64,000 bases of DNA. It comes from Candidatus Beckwithbacteria bacterium. GTDB taxonomy: Bacteria; Patescibacteriota; Microgenomatia; UBA1400; CG1-02-47-37. Positions 39,590 to 48,492 of this stretch are shown piece by piece. The first letter of the stretch is position 1, and each line of letters begins with the position of its first letter. Position numbers and translations under genes: made by a program. The DNA lies in the NCBI GenBank assembly GCA_043803225.1, contig JAZDKF010000027.1, positions 22,406 to 86,405 on the forward strand, written 5' to 3'. The notes under the pieces are model-generated. The model saw only the letters and a list, made by a program, of their open reading frames with translations. It was not told the DNA's origin and made no database searches.

Positions 39590-39623
39590 TTTTATTTTTC
39601 ACGAGTTTGGAGGTTAATTTAGT

Positions 39624-40070
39624 ATGAAATGTCCTTTTTGCGAACATGGTCAGTCGTCAGTGCTTGAGTCTAGAGATAGTGAAGATAATCAGGTGACTCG
39701 AAGAAGACGGAAGTGCGAGCAGTGCCAAAAAAGGTTTACCACTTATGAAAGAGTGGAAGGGCCGCAGTTGGTGGTAATTAAAAAAGACGGCAGCCGGGAA
39801 AACTTTGACCGAGAAAAAGTCAGACGGGGAATTAACCGCGCCTGTGAAAAAAGACCGATCAGCACCGATTTAGTGGAAGATATTTTAGATAAGGTTGAGC
39901 AGGAGATGCTGAAGAAAAAAAGCAGCGAAGTTTCCAGCCAGCAGATTGGGAACTCGGTATTAAAGCAGTTAAAAAAAATTGACAAGGTGGCTTATGTGCG
40001 GTTTGCCAGCGTTTATTTAGATTTTGACAATATTGAGGATTTTACCAGTTTAATAAAGGAGATTTTGTAA
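39624..40070 (+). CDS. nrdR: Transcriptional repressor NrdR
   Basis: MKCPFC, RRRRKC..C.KRFTTYE, ATP cone, AYVRFASVY. Confidence 0.97.
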   Translation: MKCPFCEHGQSSVLESRDSEDNQVTRRRRKCEQCQKRFTTYERVEGPQLVVIKKDGSRENFDREKVRRGINRACEKRPISTDLVEDILDKVEQEMLKKKSSEVSSQQIGNSVLKQLKKIDKVAYVRFASVYLDFDNIEDFTSLIKEIL

Positions 40071-41975
40071 ATGGGCCGGCCGAAAAAGATTAAATTAACT
40101 GATAATGCGATAACGGTTTTAACCAAACGGGATTATTTAAAGCGGGATAAGGACGGCCGGGTGGTGGAAACAGCTGAACAGATGTTCAGGCGGGTAGCCA
40201 GAGCAATAGCGGCAGTGGAGAAAAACTATGGCGGAAATAAAGCGGTAAAGGAGTACGAGAAAAGATTTTATGAGGCCATGGTGAGTTTAAATTTTTTGCC
40301 AAATTCACCGACCTTAATGCATGCCGGCACCAAATTTAATCAACTATCAGCTTGTTTTGTACTGCCTTTAGAGGATAATTTGGCCAGTATTTTTAAAACT
40401 ATGGAACAGGCTGCGGTAATTGCCAGAACCGGCGGCGGAGTAGGAATTCCCTTGTCGAACTTACGTCCCAGGGGGGCAAAAATCCGCTCAACCGGGGGCA
40501 TTACTTCAGGACCGATTTCTTTTTTACAACTGTTTAATCAAGTAGCCAATGTAATTAACGAGGGCTCGAGCCGCCGGGTAGCGCTGATGGCAGTTATGGA
40601 TGTTCACCATCCGGATATTTTGGACTTTATTTTTAGCAAAGGAGTCGAGGAAGAAGTATCGAATTTTAATATTTCAGTCGGGGTCAGCGATGAATTTATG
40701 AAGGCGGCTTTGAGCAATAAGGAGTATGAGCTGAGAATGCCAGTAAGTAATGAAGTAGTGAAAAAGACTTCGGCCAGAAGGGTGCTGGATATGATTACCT
40801 TTCAGGCCTGGAAGACGGCTGATCCGGGCATGGTGTTTATCGAGCGGATGAATGATAGCAGTCCGGTAAATCATTTGGGCAAGATTGAGACGACTAATCC
40901 CTGCGGGGAGCAGCCACTGTTGCCATATGAAAGCTGTAATTTAGGCAGTATTAATTTAAGAGAGTGTTTAAAGGTAAACAACCGGGACAAGCTGGAGGTG
41001 GATTGGGATAAGCTGGAGCGCTTAATCAGGCTGGCAGTCAGGTTTTTAGACGATGTAATTGATGTCTGCAAATATCCGATTAAAGAAATTGAAACAATGA
41101 CGCGAAGAACCAGAAAGATCGGTTTGGGAGTAATGGGATTTGCGGATATGTTAATTCAATTAAAAATTGCTTATGCTTCAAACGAGGGTTTAAGAATGGG
41201 AGAGAGGCTGTCGAAGTTTATCCATGATACGGCGGTGAGCGAGTCAAAGGCTTTGGGGAAAGAGAGAGGTTCGTTTCCAGGATTTAGCGGCAGTCAGTGG
41301 GAAAAGCAGGGATTTAAGACTATGCGCAACAGCACGGTTAATACGGTAGCGCCAACCGGCACGATTTCAATCATTGCTGACTGTTCTTCGGGTATTGAGC
41401 CATTGTTTGCCCTTTCTTATATGAGAAAAAATATCTTAGATGTTAATAATACTCAGTTGGTGGAGAGTAATTGGTGGTTTGAACAGGCAGCCAAACGGGG
41501 CGGATTTTATTCTAAGGAACTGATTCGCCAGATCAGCGAGACGGGCGGAATTGACGGGTTGAAAGGAGTGCCGAATGAGATAAGGGAGATTTTTAAGGTT
41601 AGCCACGAGATTGATTGGTCCTGGCATGTGAAGATGCAGGCGGCCTGGCAGAAACATATTGACGCGGCGGTGTCCAAGACGATTAATATGTCGGCAAGCG
41701 CGACCCCGGATGATGTCAGAGAGGCTTATGAGTTAGCTTATGAATTAGGCTGTAAAGGAATTACGGTTTACCGGGACGGCAGTAAAGCCAGACAGGTATT
41801 AAACGTAGGGATTAACAAAGCAGTCAGCCAGCCGATTGTGGATGATAAACGCAAGTGGGTGGGCAATGGCCATCGGGAGGAAGAGTTGTGTCCGGAGTGC
41901 GGCGGCGAATTAACATTTAAAGAAGGGTGCGCGACCTGCTTGGGTTGCGGCTATTCAAGATGTTCGGTCAGTTAA
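40071..41975 (+). CDS. nrdJ: Class II (AdoCbl-dependent) ribonucleotide reductase, paralog 1
   Basis: PNSP, SACFV, TNPCGEQ, ESCNLGS, APTGTIS, C-terminal Cys ribbon. Confidence 0.93.
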   Translation: MGRPKKIKLTDNAITVLTKRDYLKRDKDGRVVETAEQMFRRVARAIAAVEKNYGGNKAVKEYEKRFYEAMVSLNFLPNSPTLMHAGTKFNQLSACFVLPLEDNLASIFKTMEQAAVIARTGGGVGIPLSNLRPRGAKIRSTGGITSGPISFLQLFNQVANVINEGSSRRVALMAVMDVHHPDILDFIFSKGVEEEVSNFNISVGVSDEFMKAALSNKEYELRMPVSNEVVKKTSARRVLDMITFQAWKTADPGMVFIERMNDSSPVNHLGKIETTNPCGEQPLLPYESCNLGSINLRECLKVNNRDKLEVDWDKLERLIRLAVRFLDDVIDVCKYPIKEIETMTRRTRKIGLGVMGFADMLIQLKIAYASNEGLRMGERLSKFIHDTAVSESKALGKERGSFPGFSGSQWEKQGFKTMRNSTVNTVAPTGTISIIADCSSGIEPLFALSYMRKNILDVNNTQLVESNWWFEQAAKRGGFYSKELIRQISETGGIDGLKGVPNEIREIFKVSHEIDWSWHVKMQAAWQKHIDAAVSKTINMSASATPDDVREAYELAYELGCKGITVYRDGSKARQVLNVGINKAVSQPIVDDKRKWVGNGHREEELCPECGGELTFKEGCATCLGCGYSRCSVS

Positions 41976-41976
41976 T

Positions 41977-43725
41977 ATGAAGATAATTGAACCGAAACAA
42001 TCAGCAGTCGCCTTAGAGATAACCCGGAAACGGTATTTGATGACTGACCGGCGGGGTCGGGTGATCGAGACAGTCGGAGAGATGCTGTGGCGGGTAGCCC
42101 AGCATATGGCCAAGCCGGAAGTAATTTGGTCGGATAACGGCGAGATGAAGGAAATCGCCGAGAGGTTTTATGAGCGGATGGTGACGAAGAAGTTTGTGTG
42201 TTCAGGCAAGGCAATGTTTGAGGCGGGCAATCCGGACGGGATAGGCCAATTAGCGGCTTGTTTCGTACTGCCGATCGAAGATAGCATTGAGCGGATTTTT
42301 AAGACTCTAGGCGAGGCGGCAGTGATTCATAAGAATAATGGCGGAACCGGATTTAACTTTTCTAAAATTAGGCCGCATGGAGACAAGGTAAAAAATGTTT
42401 TGGGGGCAGCTTCGGGCCCGGTTGATTTTATTAAGGCTTTCAGCGCGGCTTTGTCCAAGATTTTACAGGGAGCCAAAAGACAGGGCGGCAATATTGCGAT
42501 TTTAAACGCGGATCATCCGGACGTGGAAGAGTTTATCAGGATGAAGACTGAAGACGGGACGATTAAGAACTTTAATATTTCCGTGGGAGCCACCGATGAG
42601 TTTATGAAGGCGGTTTTAGATAAAAAAATGTGGGCTTTAATTAATCCGAGAAACAAAGAGGTAATAAAAAAGATTAGGGCGGATAAGTTGTTTGATCTGA
42701 TCGTGGATTATGCCTGGAAGACGGCTGATCCGGGAATGGCATTTTTAGACACCATGGAACAGGATAATCCAACACCAAGTTTGGGTCGGTTGGAAGCAAC
42801 TAATCCTTGTGGAGAAATTCCTCTTTTACCCTATGAATCATGTAATTTGGGGTCGATTAATTTAAGCCTACATATAAAAGACGGCCAGATTTTATGGGAG
42901 GAGTTAAGGAAAACTGTCCAGTTGGGAGTGAGGTTTTTAGATAACATGGTGGAGGTGAATAACTATCCGTTAGAACAGATCAGCCGGATGGTAAAAGAGG
43001 GCAACCGGCGGATCGGTCTGGGAGTGATGGGGTTGGCTCATTTGTTTTTTAAACTGGGAATTTGCTATGACAGCCAGGCGGCGGTGGAGTTGTCAGAAAA
43101 GCTGGCAAAGTTTATCCGCCAGGAAGCAGACAGGGAAACAGAGAGACTGGGAAAGGCAAGAGGAAATTTCGGGAATTTTGACAGCAGTATTTATGCTCAA
43201 ACCGGCAAAGCCAGGCGGAATTGTGCGACAACGATGATTGCGCCAACCGGAACAATTTCTTTGTTTAGCGATTGTTCTTCCGGAATCGAACCGGTGTTTA
43301 GTTTGGTAACCAAGCGGCGGACGTTTTTTGAAGACAGTCGGAAGAACAGCGCAACCAAAGAAATAATAATGGAAGACCCGGTTTATAAAGCGTATAAAAA
43401 CAAGTTTGATAAAAAGGTGTTTGTCACCAGCCGCGAGATTGATTGGTCCTGGCATGTGAAAATGCAGGCGGCCTGGCAAAAGCACTTTGATAACAGCGTT
43501 TCCAAGACAATTAATTTTCCGGCTCAAGCTACAAAAGATGAGGTTAGGCAAGCATTCCTTTTGGCCTGGAAGTTGAAGTGCAAAGGGATTACGGTTTACC
43601 GGGACGGCAGTAAGAATGATCAGGTGCTAAATGCTGTTAAATGCCTGGAGTGTGGGGTGGAGTTGGAAGTTAAAGAAGGGTGCGCGACCTGCAAGACTTG
43701 TGGATTTTCGAGGTGCTCATTATGA
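41977..43725 (+). CDS. nrdJ: Class II ribonucleotide reductase, paralog 2
   Basis: AACFV, TNPCGEI, ESCNLGS, APTGTIS, C-terminal Cys ribbon. Confidence 0.92.
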   Translation: MKIIEPKQSAVALEITRKRYLMTDRRGRVIETVGEMLWRVAQHMAKPEVIWSDNGEMKEIAERFYERMVTKKFVCSGKAMFEAGNPDGIGQLAACFVLPIEDSIERIFKTLGEAAVIHKNNGGTGFNFSKIRPHGDKVKNVLGAASGPVDFIKAFSAALSKILQGAKRQGGNIAILNADHPDVEEFIRMKTEDGTIKNFNISVGATDEFMKAVLDKKMWALINPRNKEVIKKIRADKLFDLIVDYAWKTADPGMAFLDTMEQDNPTPSLGRLEATNPCGEIPLLPYESCNLGSINLSLHIKDGQILWEELRKTVQLGVRFLDNMVEVNNYPLEQISRMVKEGNRRIGLGVMGLAHLFFKLGICYDSQAAVELSEKLAKFIRQEADRETERLGKARGNFGNFDSSIYAQTGKARRNCATTMIAPTGTISLFSDCSSGIEPVFSLVTKRRTFFEDSRKNSATKEIIMEDPVYKAYKNKFDKKVFVTSREIDWSWHVKMQAAWQKHFDNSVSKTINFPAQATKDEVRQAFLLAWKLKCKGITVYRDGSKNDQVLNAVKCLECGVELEVKEGCATCKTCGFSRCSL

Positions 43726-45935
43726 CTGATTTAACCAAGATTATTAAAAGAGACGGCCGGGTGGCGGCGTTTGAGGAGGAAAAGATTATTAAGGCAATTG
43801 TGGCGGCGTTCGCGGCTGTTGGAGAAGTTAGCGGTGAAATAAAACGAAGAAAAGAAGCTGAACGATTAACCAAGATTGTGATTAATATTCTGAAGCGGGG
43901 AGTGAATGGGGAAATTCCGACCGTAGAACAAGTCCAGGACGTAGTCGAACAGGTATTAATGGCCGCCGGCCATTATGAAGTGGCTAAGGCCTATATTTTA
44001 TACCGGGAGCAGCATGAGATGGTAAGAAAAACCAAAGAGTGGCTAGGAGTTAAGGATGATTTAGGCTTGTCGATTAATCAGATAAAAGTTTTAGAAAACC
44101 GGTTTTTACGGCATGATGAATCAGGGCAAGTAATTGAGACTCCGAGACAACTGTTTAGACGGGTGGCCAAGTTTATAAGCGGTCAGGAAAAGCCAGCCAG
44201 CCAGCAACAGTGGGAAGATAAGTTTTTTGAAACAATTTCAAGACTGGAGTTTGTACCCGGAGGCACATACTTTCGCGGAGCCGGAACCAAGTCGGCGATG
44301 CTGGCTAATTGTTTTGTGCTGCCGGTTGAGGATCAAATGGGAGAGATATTTGATGCGGTTAAGTGGCTGGCTTTGATTCAACAGGCCGGGGGAGGAACCG
44401 GCTTTAATTTTTCCAAGTTGAGGCCAAAAGGCGATTATGTAAAGAGTTCGGGCGGGTTTGCGACCGGGCCGGTTTCATTTATGAAAGTATTTGATGCGGC
44501 GACCGGCCAGGTGATGCAGGGCGGTTACCGGATGGGAGCGAATATGGGGATTTTAGACGTTGATCATCCGGACATCCTCGAATTTATCACTTGTAAAACT
44601 GAAGAGGGGGAGATCTCGAACTTTAATATTTCGGTAGGGACGACGGATAAATTTATGCAGGCAGTGAAGGAGAATAAAGAATTTAATTTAGTTAATCCGC
44701 GAACTGGGGAAATGGTACGGACGGTTAAAGCCAGGCAGTTGTTTTCCCAGATGGTTAATTTGGCTTGGCGGACCGGGGATCCGGGAATGATTTTCTTAGA
44801 CACAATTAATAAAAAGAATCCGGTATTAAAAACTTTAGGGCCATTAAAAGCCACCAATCCCTGCGGGGAACAACCATTACATCCGTTTGATGTGTGCAAT
44901 TTGGGTAGTATTAATTTAGCGAAGATGGTGGTCTTAAGCCAAGGCCGACACGAGGTGGATTGGCGGCGACTTGAGGAAGTAGTGCGAATTGCAGTGAGGT
45001 TTTTGGATGATGGGGTGGATGCGAGCCGATATCCTTTGGAACAGGTGGAAAAGATGGCCAAGGCTAATCGTAGAATCGGCTTGGGAATTATGGGGTTTGC
45101 AGATATGCTGTATCAATTAGAGGTGGGGTATAACACTGACGAAGGAGTAAGGTGGGCGGAGAAGGTGATGAAAGCGGTCAACCAAGCGGCAGTAGATGAG
45201 TCGGTAAAGTTGGCGAAAGAAAAAGGTTGTTTCAAGAATTGGAAGGGGAGTGAGTACGAGACAAAAGGAATCAAGCGGCGAAACTTGGCGGTAACCACGA
45301 TTGCACCGACGGGAACGATTTCCATGGTGGCGGATTGTTCGTCCGGAATTGAGCCAAACTTTGCTTTAGCTTACATTAAAAACGTAATTGATGATCAAGG
45401 TTTGCATTATGTTAATCCTTATTTTAAAGCGGCAGTAGAGAAGAGCAATTTAAGTTTAGAGCAGAAAAATGATGTCTATCAAAGGGTGGCTAAAACAGGC
45501 CAATGCAGTGATATTGAGTACTTATCAGCGAAAATTAAAGAGATTTTTGTAACCGCTTATGGGATTAAGCCGGAGTGGCATGTAAAGATGCAGGCCGGGT
45601 TTCAAAAGTATACGGAAAATGCTGTCAGCAAGACAATAAATTTTCCCAATACGGCCAGCCAAACGGATATTGAAAAAGCCTATATTTTAGCTTGGGAATT
45701 AAAGTGCAAGGGAATTACGATTTACCGTTCCGGAAGCCGCGAGGGTCAGGTACTGCAAGCGCCGGAAACAAAAAAGACGGCGCCGAAAAAGAAAGAACAA
45801 ATTATGCAAAGCAAGATTAGAATTAAGCCGTTAAAGCAGAAGAAGGATGTTTGTTCGGAATGCGGGGAAATGATGGAAATGGTTGAAGGCTGTGCGACTT
45901 GCAGAAAGTGCGGATTTTCCAAATGCAGTATCTAA
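43722..45935 (+). CDS. nrdJ: Class II ribonucleotide reductase with N-terminal ATP cone, paralog 3
   Basis: IIKRDG..F...KI cone; ANCFV, TNPCGEQ, VCNLGS, C-terminal Cys ribbon; start MTDL. Confidence 0.93.
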   Translation: MTDLTKIIKRDGRVAAFEEEKIIKAIVAAFAAVGEVSGEIKRRKEAERLTKIVINILKRGVNGEIPTVEQVQDVVEQVLMAAGHYEVAKAYILYREQHEMVRKTKEWLGVKDDLGLSINQIKVLENRFLRHDESGQVIETPRQLFRRVAKFISGQEKPASQQQWEDKFFETISRLEFVPGGTYFRGAGTKSAMLANCFVLPVEDQMGEIFDAVKWLALIQQAGGGTGFNFSKLRPKGDYVKSSGGFATGPVSFMKVFDAATGQVMQGGYRMGANMGILDVDHPDILEFITCKTEEGEISNFNISVGTTDKFMQAVKENKEFNLVNPRTGEMVRTVKARQLFSQMVNLAWRTGDPGMIFLDTINKKNPVLKTLGPLKATNPCGEQPLHPFDVCNLGSINLAKMVVLSQGRHEVDWRRLEEVVRIAVRFLDDGVDASRYPLEQVEKMAKANRRIGLGIMGFADMLYQLEVGYNTDEGVRWAEKVMKAVNQAAVDESVKLAKEKGCFKNWKGSEYETKGIKRRNLAVTTIAPTGTISMVADCSSGIEPNFALAYIKNVIDDQGLHYVNPYFKAAVEKSNLSLEQKNDVYQRVAKTGQCSDIEYLSAKIKEIFVTAYGIKPEWHVKMQAGFQKYTENAVSKTINFPNTASQTDIEKAYILAWELKCKGITIYRSGSREGQVLQAPETKKTAPKKKEQIMQSKIRIKPLKQKKDVCSECGEMMEMVEGCATCRKCGFSKCSI

Positions 45936-45937
45936 GG

Positions 45938-46039
45938 AATAACTCGGCAAACAAAATTTTCTGCGTGCTCACAGTTATCTGGCTAGCTAAAGCTACCAGA
46001 TGAGATGCTGCGCGCGCAAAATTTGTATACTGAGTTATT
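45938..46039 (+). repeat. Nested hairpin element copy 3 (after nrdJ3)
   Basis: Same core with compensatory atctgg/ccagat and an extended apex; outer arms aataactc/gagttatt. Confidence 0.88.
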
Positions 46040-46044
46040 AATTT

Positions 46045-46662
46045 ATGAAAATTATACTGGCCTCGGATTCGCCACGGAGAAAGCAGTTACTGTTTTTGCT
46101 GGGATTAAAATTTACAGCCGTCAGCCACAAAATTAAAGAGGAAGAGTATGTGGGTTCAGATGCCGAAGACTTAGTTGGACAGTTAGCAATTGCAAAAGCG
46201 ACTTCGATCGAGCCGCCAAAAGGAGGAATAGTCATTGGTTCGGATTTAGTGGTGGTAAAAAGAGATAGATTCATGGGTAAGCCAAAAGATTTGCAGCAAG
46301 CAAGAGAATATTTAAAACTTTTGTCTGGCAAAACTCATTCGGTTTTTTGCGGCGTTGCCGTTGCCTCTAAAAACAAAGTTTTGATGAGTGTGGCGAGAAG
46401 CTGGGTGGGGATGAAACGCTACAATGAAAAAATTATTGAGGCATATATTAACAAATTTCAGGTATTGGATAAGGGTGGGGGATATGCCATTCAATTTGAG
46501 CTGCCGGGGTATGGCAGTTTAGTCGAAACTTTTGGAGGTGGAATTACCACGATTATCGGTTTGCCGTTGGAGTATTTAGTTAATTTACTCAAAGAGTTTG
46601 GAGTCAAAGTTGATTCTAACTGGCGGGAAAAGTGTAAAATAGAAACAGGTTATGAGAACTAA
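46045..46662 (+). CDS. maf: Maf nucleotide pyrophosphatase
   Basis: LASDSPRR, GKP, LSGKTH, KGGGYAIQ, GLP. Confidence 0.9.
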   Translation: MKIILASDSPRRKQLLFLLGLKFTAVSHKIKEEEYVGSDAEDLVGQLAIAKATSIEPPKGGIVIGSDLVVVKRDRFMGKPKDLQQAREYLKLLSGKTHSVFCGVAVASKNKVLMSVARSWVGMKRYNEKIIEAYINKFQVLDKGGGYAIQFELPGYGSLVETFGGGITTIIGLPLEYLVNLLKEFGVKVDSNWREKCKIETGYEN

Positions 46663-47173
46663 ACAGGGATTAGTTTATGTGTTTACCGGCGAGGGAAAAG
46701 GTAAAACCTCGGCGGCCCTGGGAGTAGCAGTTAGGGCGGCCAGTACGGGAGTGAAGGTGGGCTGGGTGAGCTGGTACAAGGAAAAGAAATGGCCGATCAG
46801 TGAAATGAAATTGAAACTTAACAACTTAAAGATGTATTTTATAGGGGAGGGATTTTATAAGTTGCCGACAGACCACGCAACGCCGGCTCAGCATCACAAA
46901 GCGGCTCTGGCAGGACTGAAGCTGGCAGAAAAATTAATCGATAAAGTTGACGTGTTGGTTTTGGATGAAATCAATAATGCGATTAGTGATAAATTAATTA
47001 AACTTGAGCAGGTGATGAAGTTAATAAAGAATCGAGGCAAAACCCATTTAATTTTAACCGGCAGAGGGGCTACGAGGAGACTCCTTGTAGGCGCAGACTT
47101 GGTGACGGAGATGAAAAAAATCAAGCACCCGTTTGACAAAGGAGTGAAGGCAGTGAAGGGTTTAGATTATTGA
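46652..47173 (+). CDS. cobO: Cob(I)alamin adenosyltransferase (CobO/BtuR)
   Basis: TGEGKGKT, LDEI, LTGR, ADLVTEM...KHPF..G..A.KGLDY. Confidence 0.93.
   Translation: MRTKQGLVYVFTGEGKGKTSAALGVAVRAASTGVKVGWVSWYKEKKWPISEMKLKLNNLKMYFIGEGFYKLPTDHATPAQHHKAALAGLKLAEKLIDKVDVLVLDEINNAISDKLIKLEQVMKLIKNRGKTHLILTGRGATRRLLVGADLVTEMKKIKHPFDKGVKAVKGLDY
47069..47091. repeat. 23-bp palindrome copy inside cobO
   Basis: gctacgagg agact ccttgtagg. Confidence 0.8.
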
Positions 47174-47232
47174 CTTGAAAGATAATAGTGCTATATTACA
47201 GGTTATTAGTCTGCCATTTGAGCAGACTTTTT
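47170..47232 (+). promoter_or_regulatory. Promoter followed by CTGCC hairpin and T-tract
   Basis: TTGACT...TGcTATATT; agtctgc/gcagact + T-tract. Confidence 0.55.
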
Positions 47233-47250
47233 ATTATAAAAGGAGAAAAA

Positions 47251-47724
47251 ATGGCTTTAGATTTTATAAGAGATAGGAGAGCTGAGGAACTGGAAAGTCA
47301 AGAAGAAATTGATATACAAACTTTAGCATTACAGAACATTAAAGATAAGTTTGTACAATTATTAATTCGGGAAGGAAAAGAGACAAAAAAACACACTTTA
47401 ATTAATAGATTAATCGCAAATTACGAAACCAAAGTAACATTTGAGGGTAAGTGGCAAGAGGAAGATGCTCAAGTGGAAATATCGGCCTCTGTTTTTATGG
47501 ATAAATTAATTTCTGAGAATAAACATTTTCCGATTTATGTACAGCTTAATATGGGTCATTTTAGCTCTCAATACTCTTTAAACTCAGATGTCAGTACAAG
47601 CCATGCTTTTTTATATGAAAATGGCGAAATTAGAGATTTTTATCCCAGTAATTTTTGTTTAGGATTGGAACAAGTGTTGGAGGCAATCCACAGCGGACAA
47701 TTTGTTGCTGTTCAAGCAAAATAG
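47251..47724 (+). CDS. Hypothetical protein (orphan)
   Basis: SD aaggag before ATG 47251. Confidence 0.65.
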   Translation: MALDFIRDRRAEELESQEEIDIQTLALQNIKDKFVQLLIREGKETKKHTLINRLIANYETKVTFEGKWQEEDAQVEISASVFMDKLISENKHFPIYVQLNMGHFSSQYSLNSDVSTSHAFLYENGEIRDFYPSNFCLGLEQVLEAIHSGQFVAVQAK

Positions 47725-47751
47725 AAGCGGATGTTGTGCTAATATTACGGT

Positions 47752-48030
47752 GTGGATAAGCAAACGGTTTACTTGCAGTTAAAAGAATTAGAAAAAGAGC
47801 TAGTGGAGGCGTTTGCCCATTTTCGAAGGGTGTTTAATGAAGTGGCTGATCCGAGAAAACAGTTATCTAACCAGGAAATTTACGATAAGCTTCAGGGAGA
47901 TATTAAGGAATACCATGAAGAAATTGAGGAGATTAAGAAAAAAACTTTGGAGATTATGAATAAGATCCAAAGAGAGTATGATCAGCTAGCCTACCAAAAA
48001 ATATTAAGTAATTTGGAAATAAAGCCCTAA
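47752..48030 (+). CDS. Hypothetical coiled-coil protein
   Basis: GTG start after TGcTAATAT; charged helical composition. Confidence 0.6.
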   Translation: MDKQTVYLQLKELEKELVEAFAHFRRVFNEVADPRKQLSNQEIYDKLQGDIKEYHEEIEEIKKKTLEIMNKIQREYDQLAYQKILSNLEIKP

Positions 48031-48054
48031 CAAAAATTGTGTTATCATTAACTC

Positions 48055-48492
48055 ATGACAGACCTGCCCGATGATTCACAACAGAAACCGCCAGCGCCAC
48101 CGATAATAACCGGCCAGCCGGTAGGAGGGAAGGAAAGAGTTGATAATAAGCCCGCCGCAGCTGAGAGCTCTGGCGAGGCGAAGCAAGAAGAAACGCCGGT
48201 AACTGAGTTTACCCGGAATATAGATTTGGAACCGGAAGTGGAGGGCTGGCTGGAAAAGGTGGAAAAAGAAGACAGCCAAGCGCCTCAAGCGATCAAAGAT
48301 GATAAAGGTCAGGTAGTGCTGGATGATACGGCTCAGCCAGGGGCGGGTTTTAAAGTCGTGTTACCTTTGACTAAAGATGAAGTCGATAAAGGGTTGCAGC
48401 ATAAAGTGCTGGATAGCATCAGGTGGCTGGCAGAGTGGTGTATCAGAATGGTAAAGATGTTTGGCAGTAAAGTTGCCTACAGGAGAAAATAA
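48055..48492 (+). CDS. Hypothetical protein coupled to the ATPase
   Basis: Acidic N-terminus; C-terminal LPLT...SIRWLAEWC; stop overlaps next ATG. Confidence 0.7.
   Translation: MTDLPDDSQQKPPAPPIITGQPVGGKERVDNKPAAAESSGEAKQEETPVTEFTRNIDLEPEVEGWLEKVEKEDSQAPQAIKDDKGQVVLDDTAQPGAGFKVVLPLTKDEVDKGLQHKVLDSIRWLAEWCIRMVKMFGSKVAYRRK

Noticed and set aside
40071-45935. nrdJ ORFs as fragments of one split, intein- or intron-interrupted gene
   Set aside because: Each ORF has a complete set of catalytic motifs and its own C-terminal Cys ribbon.
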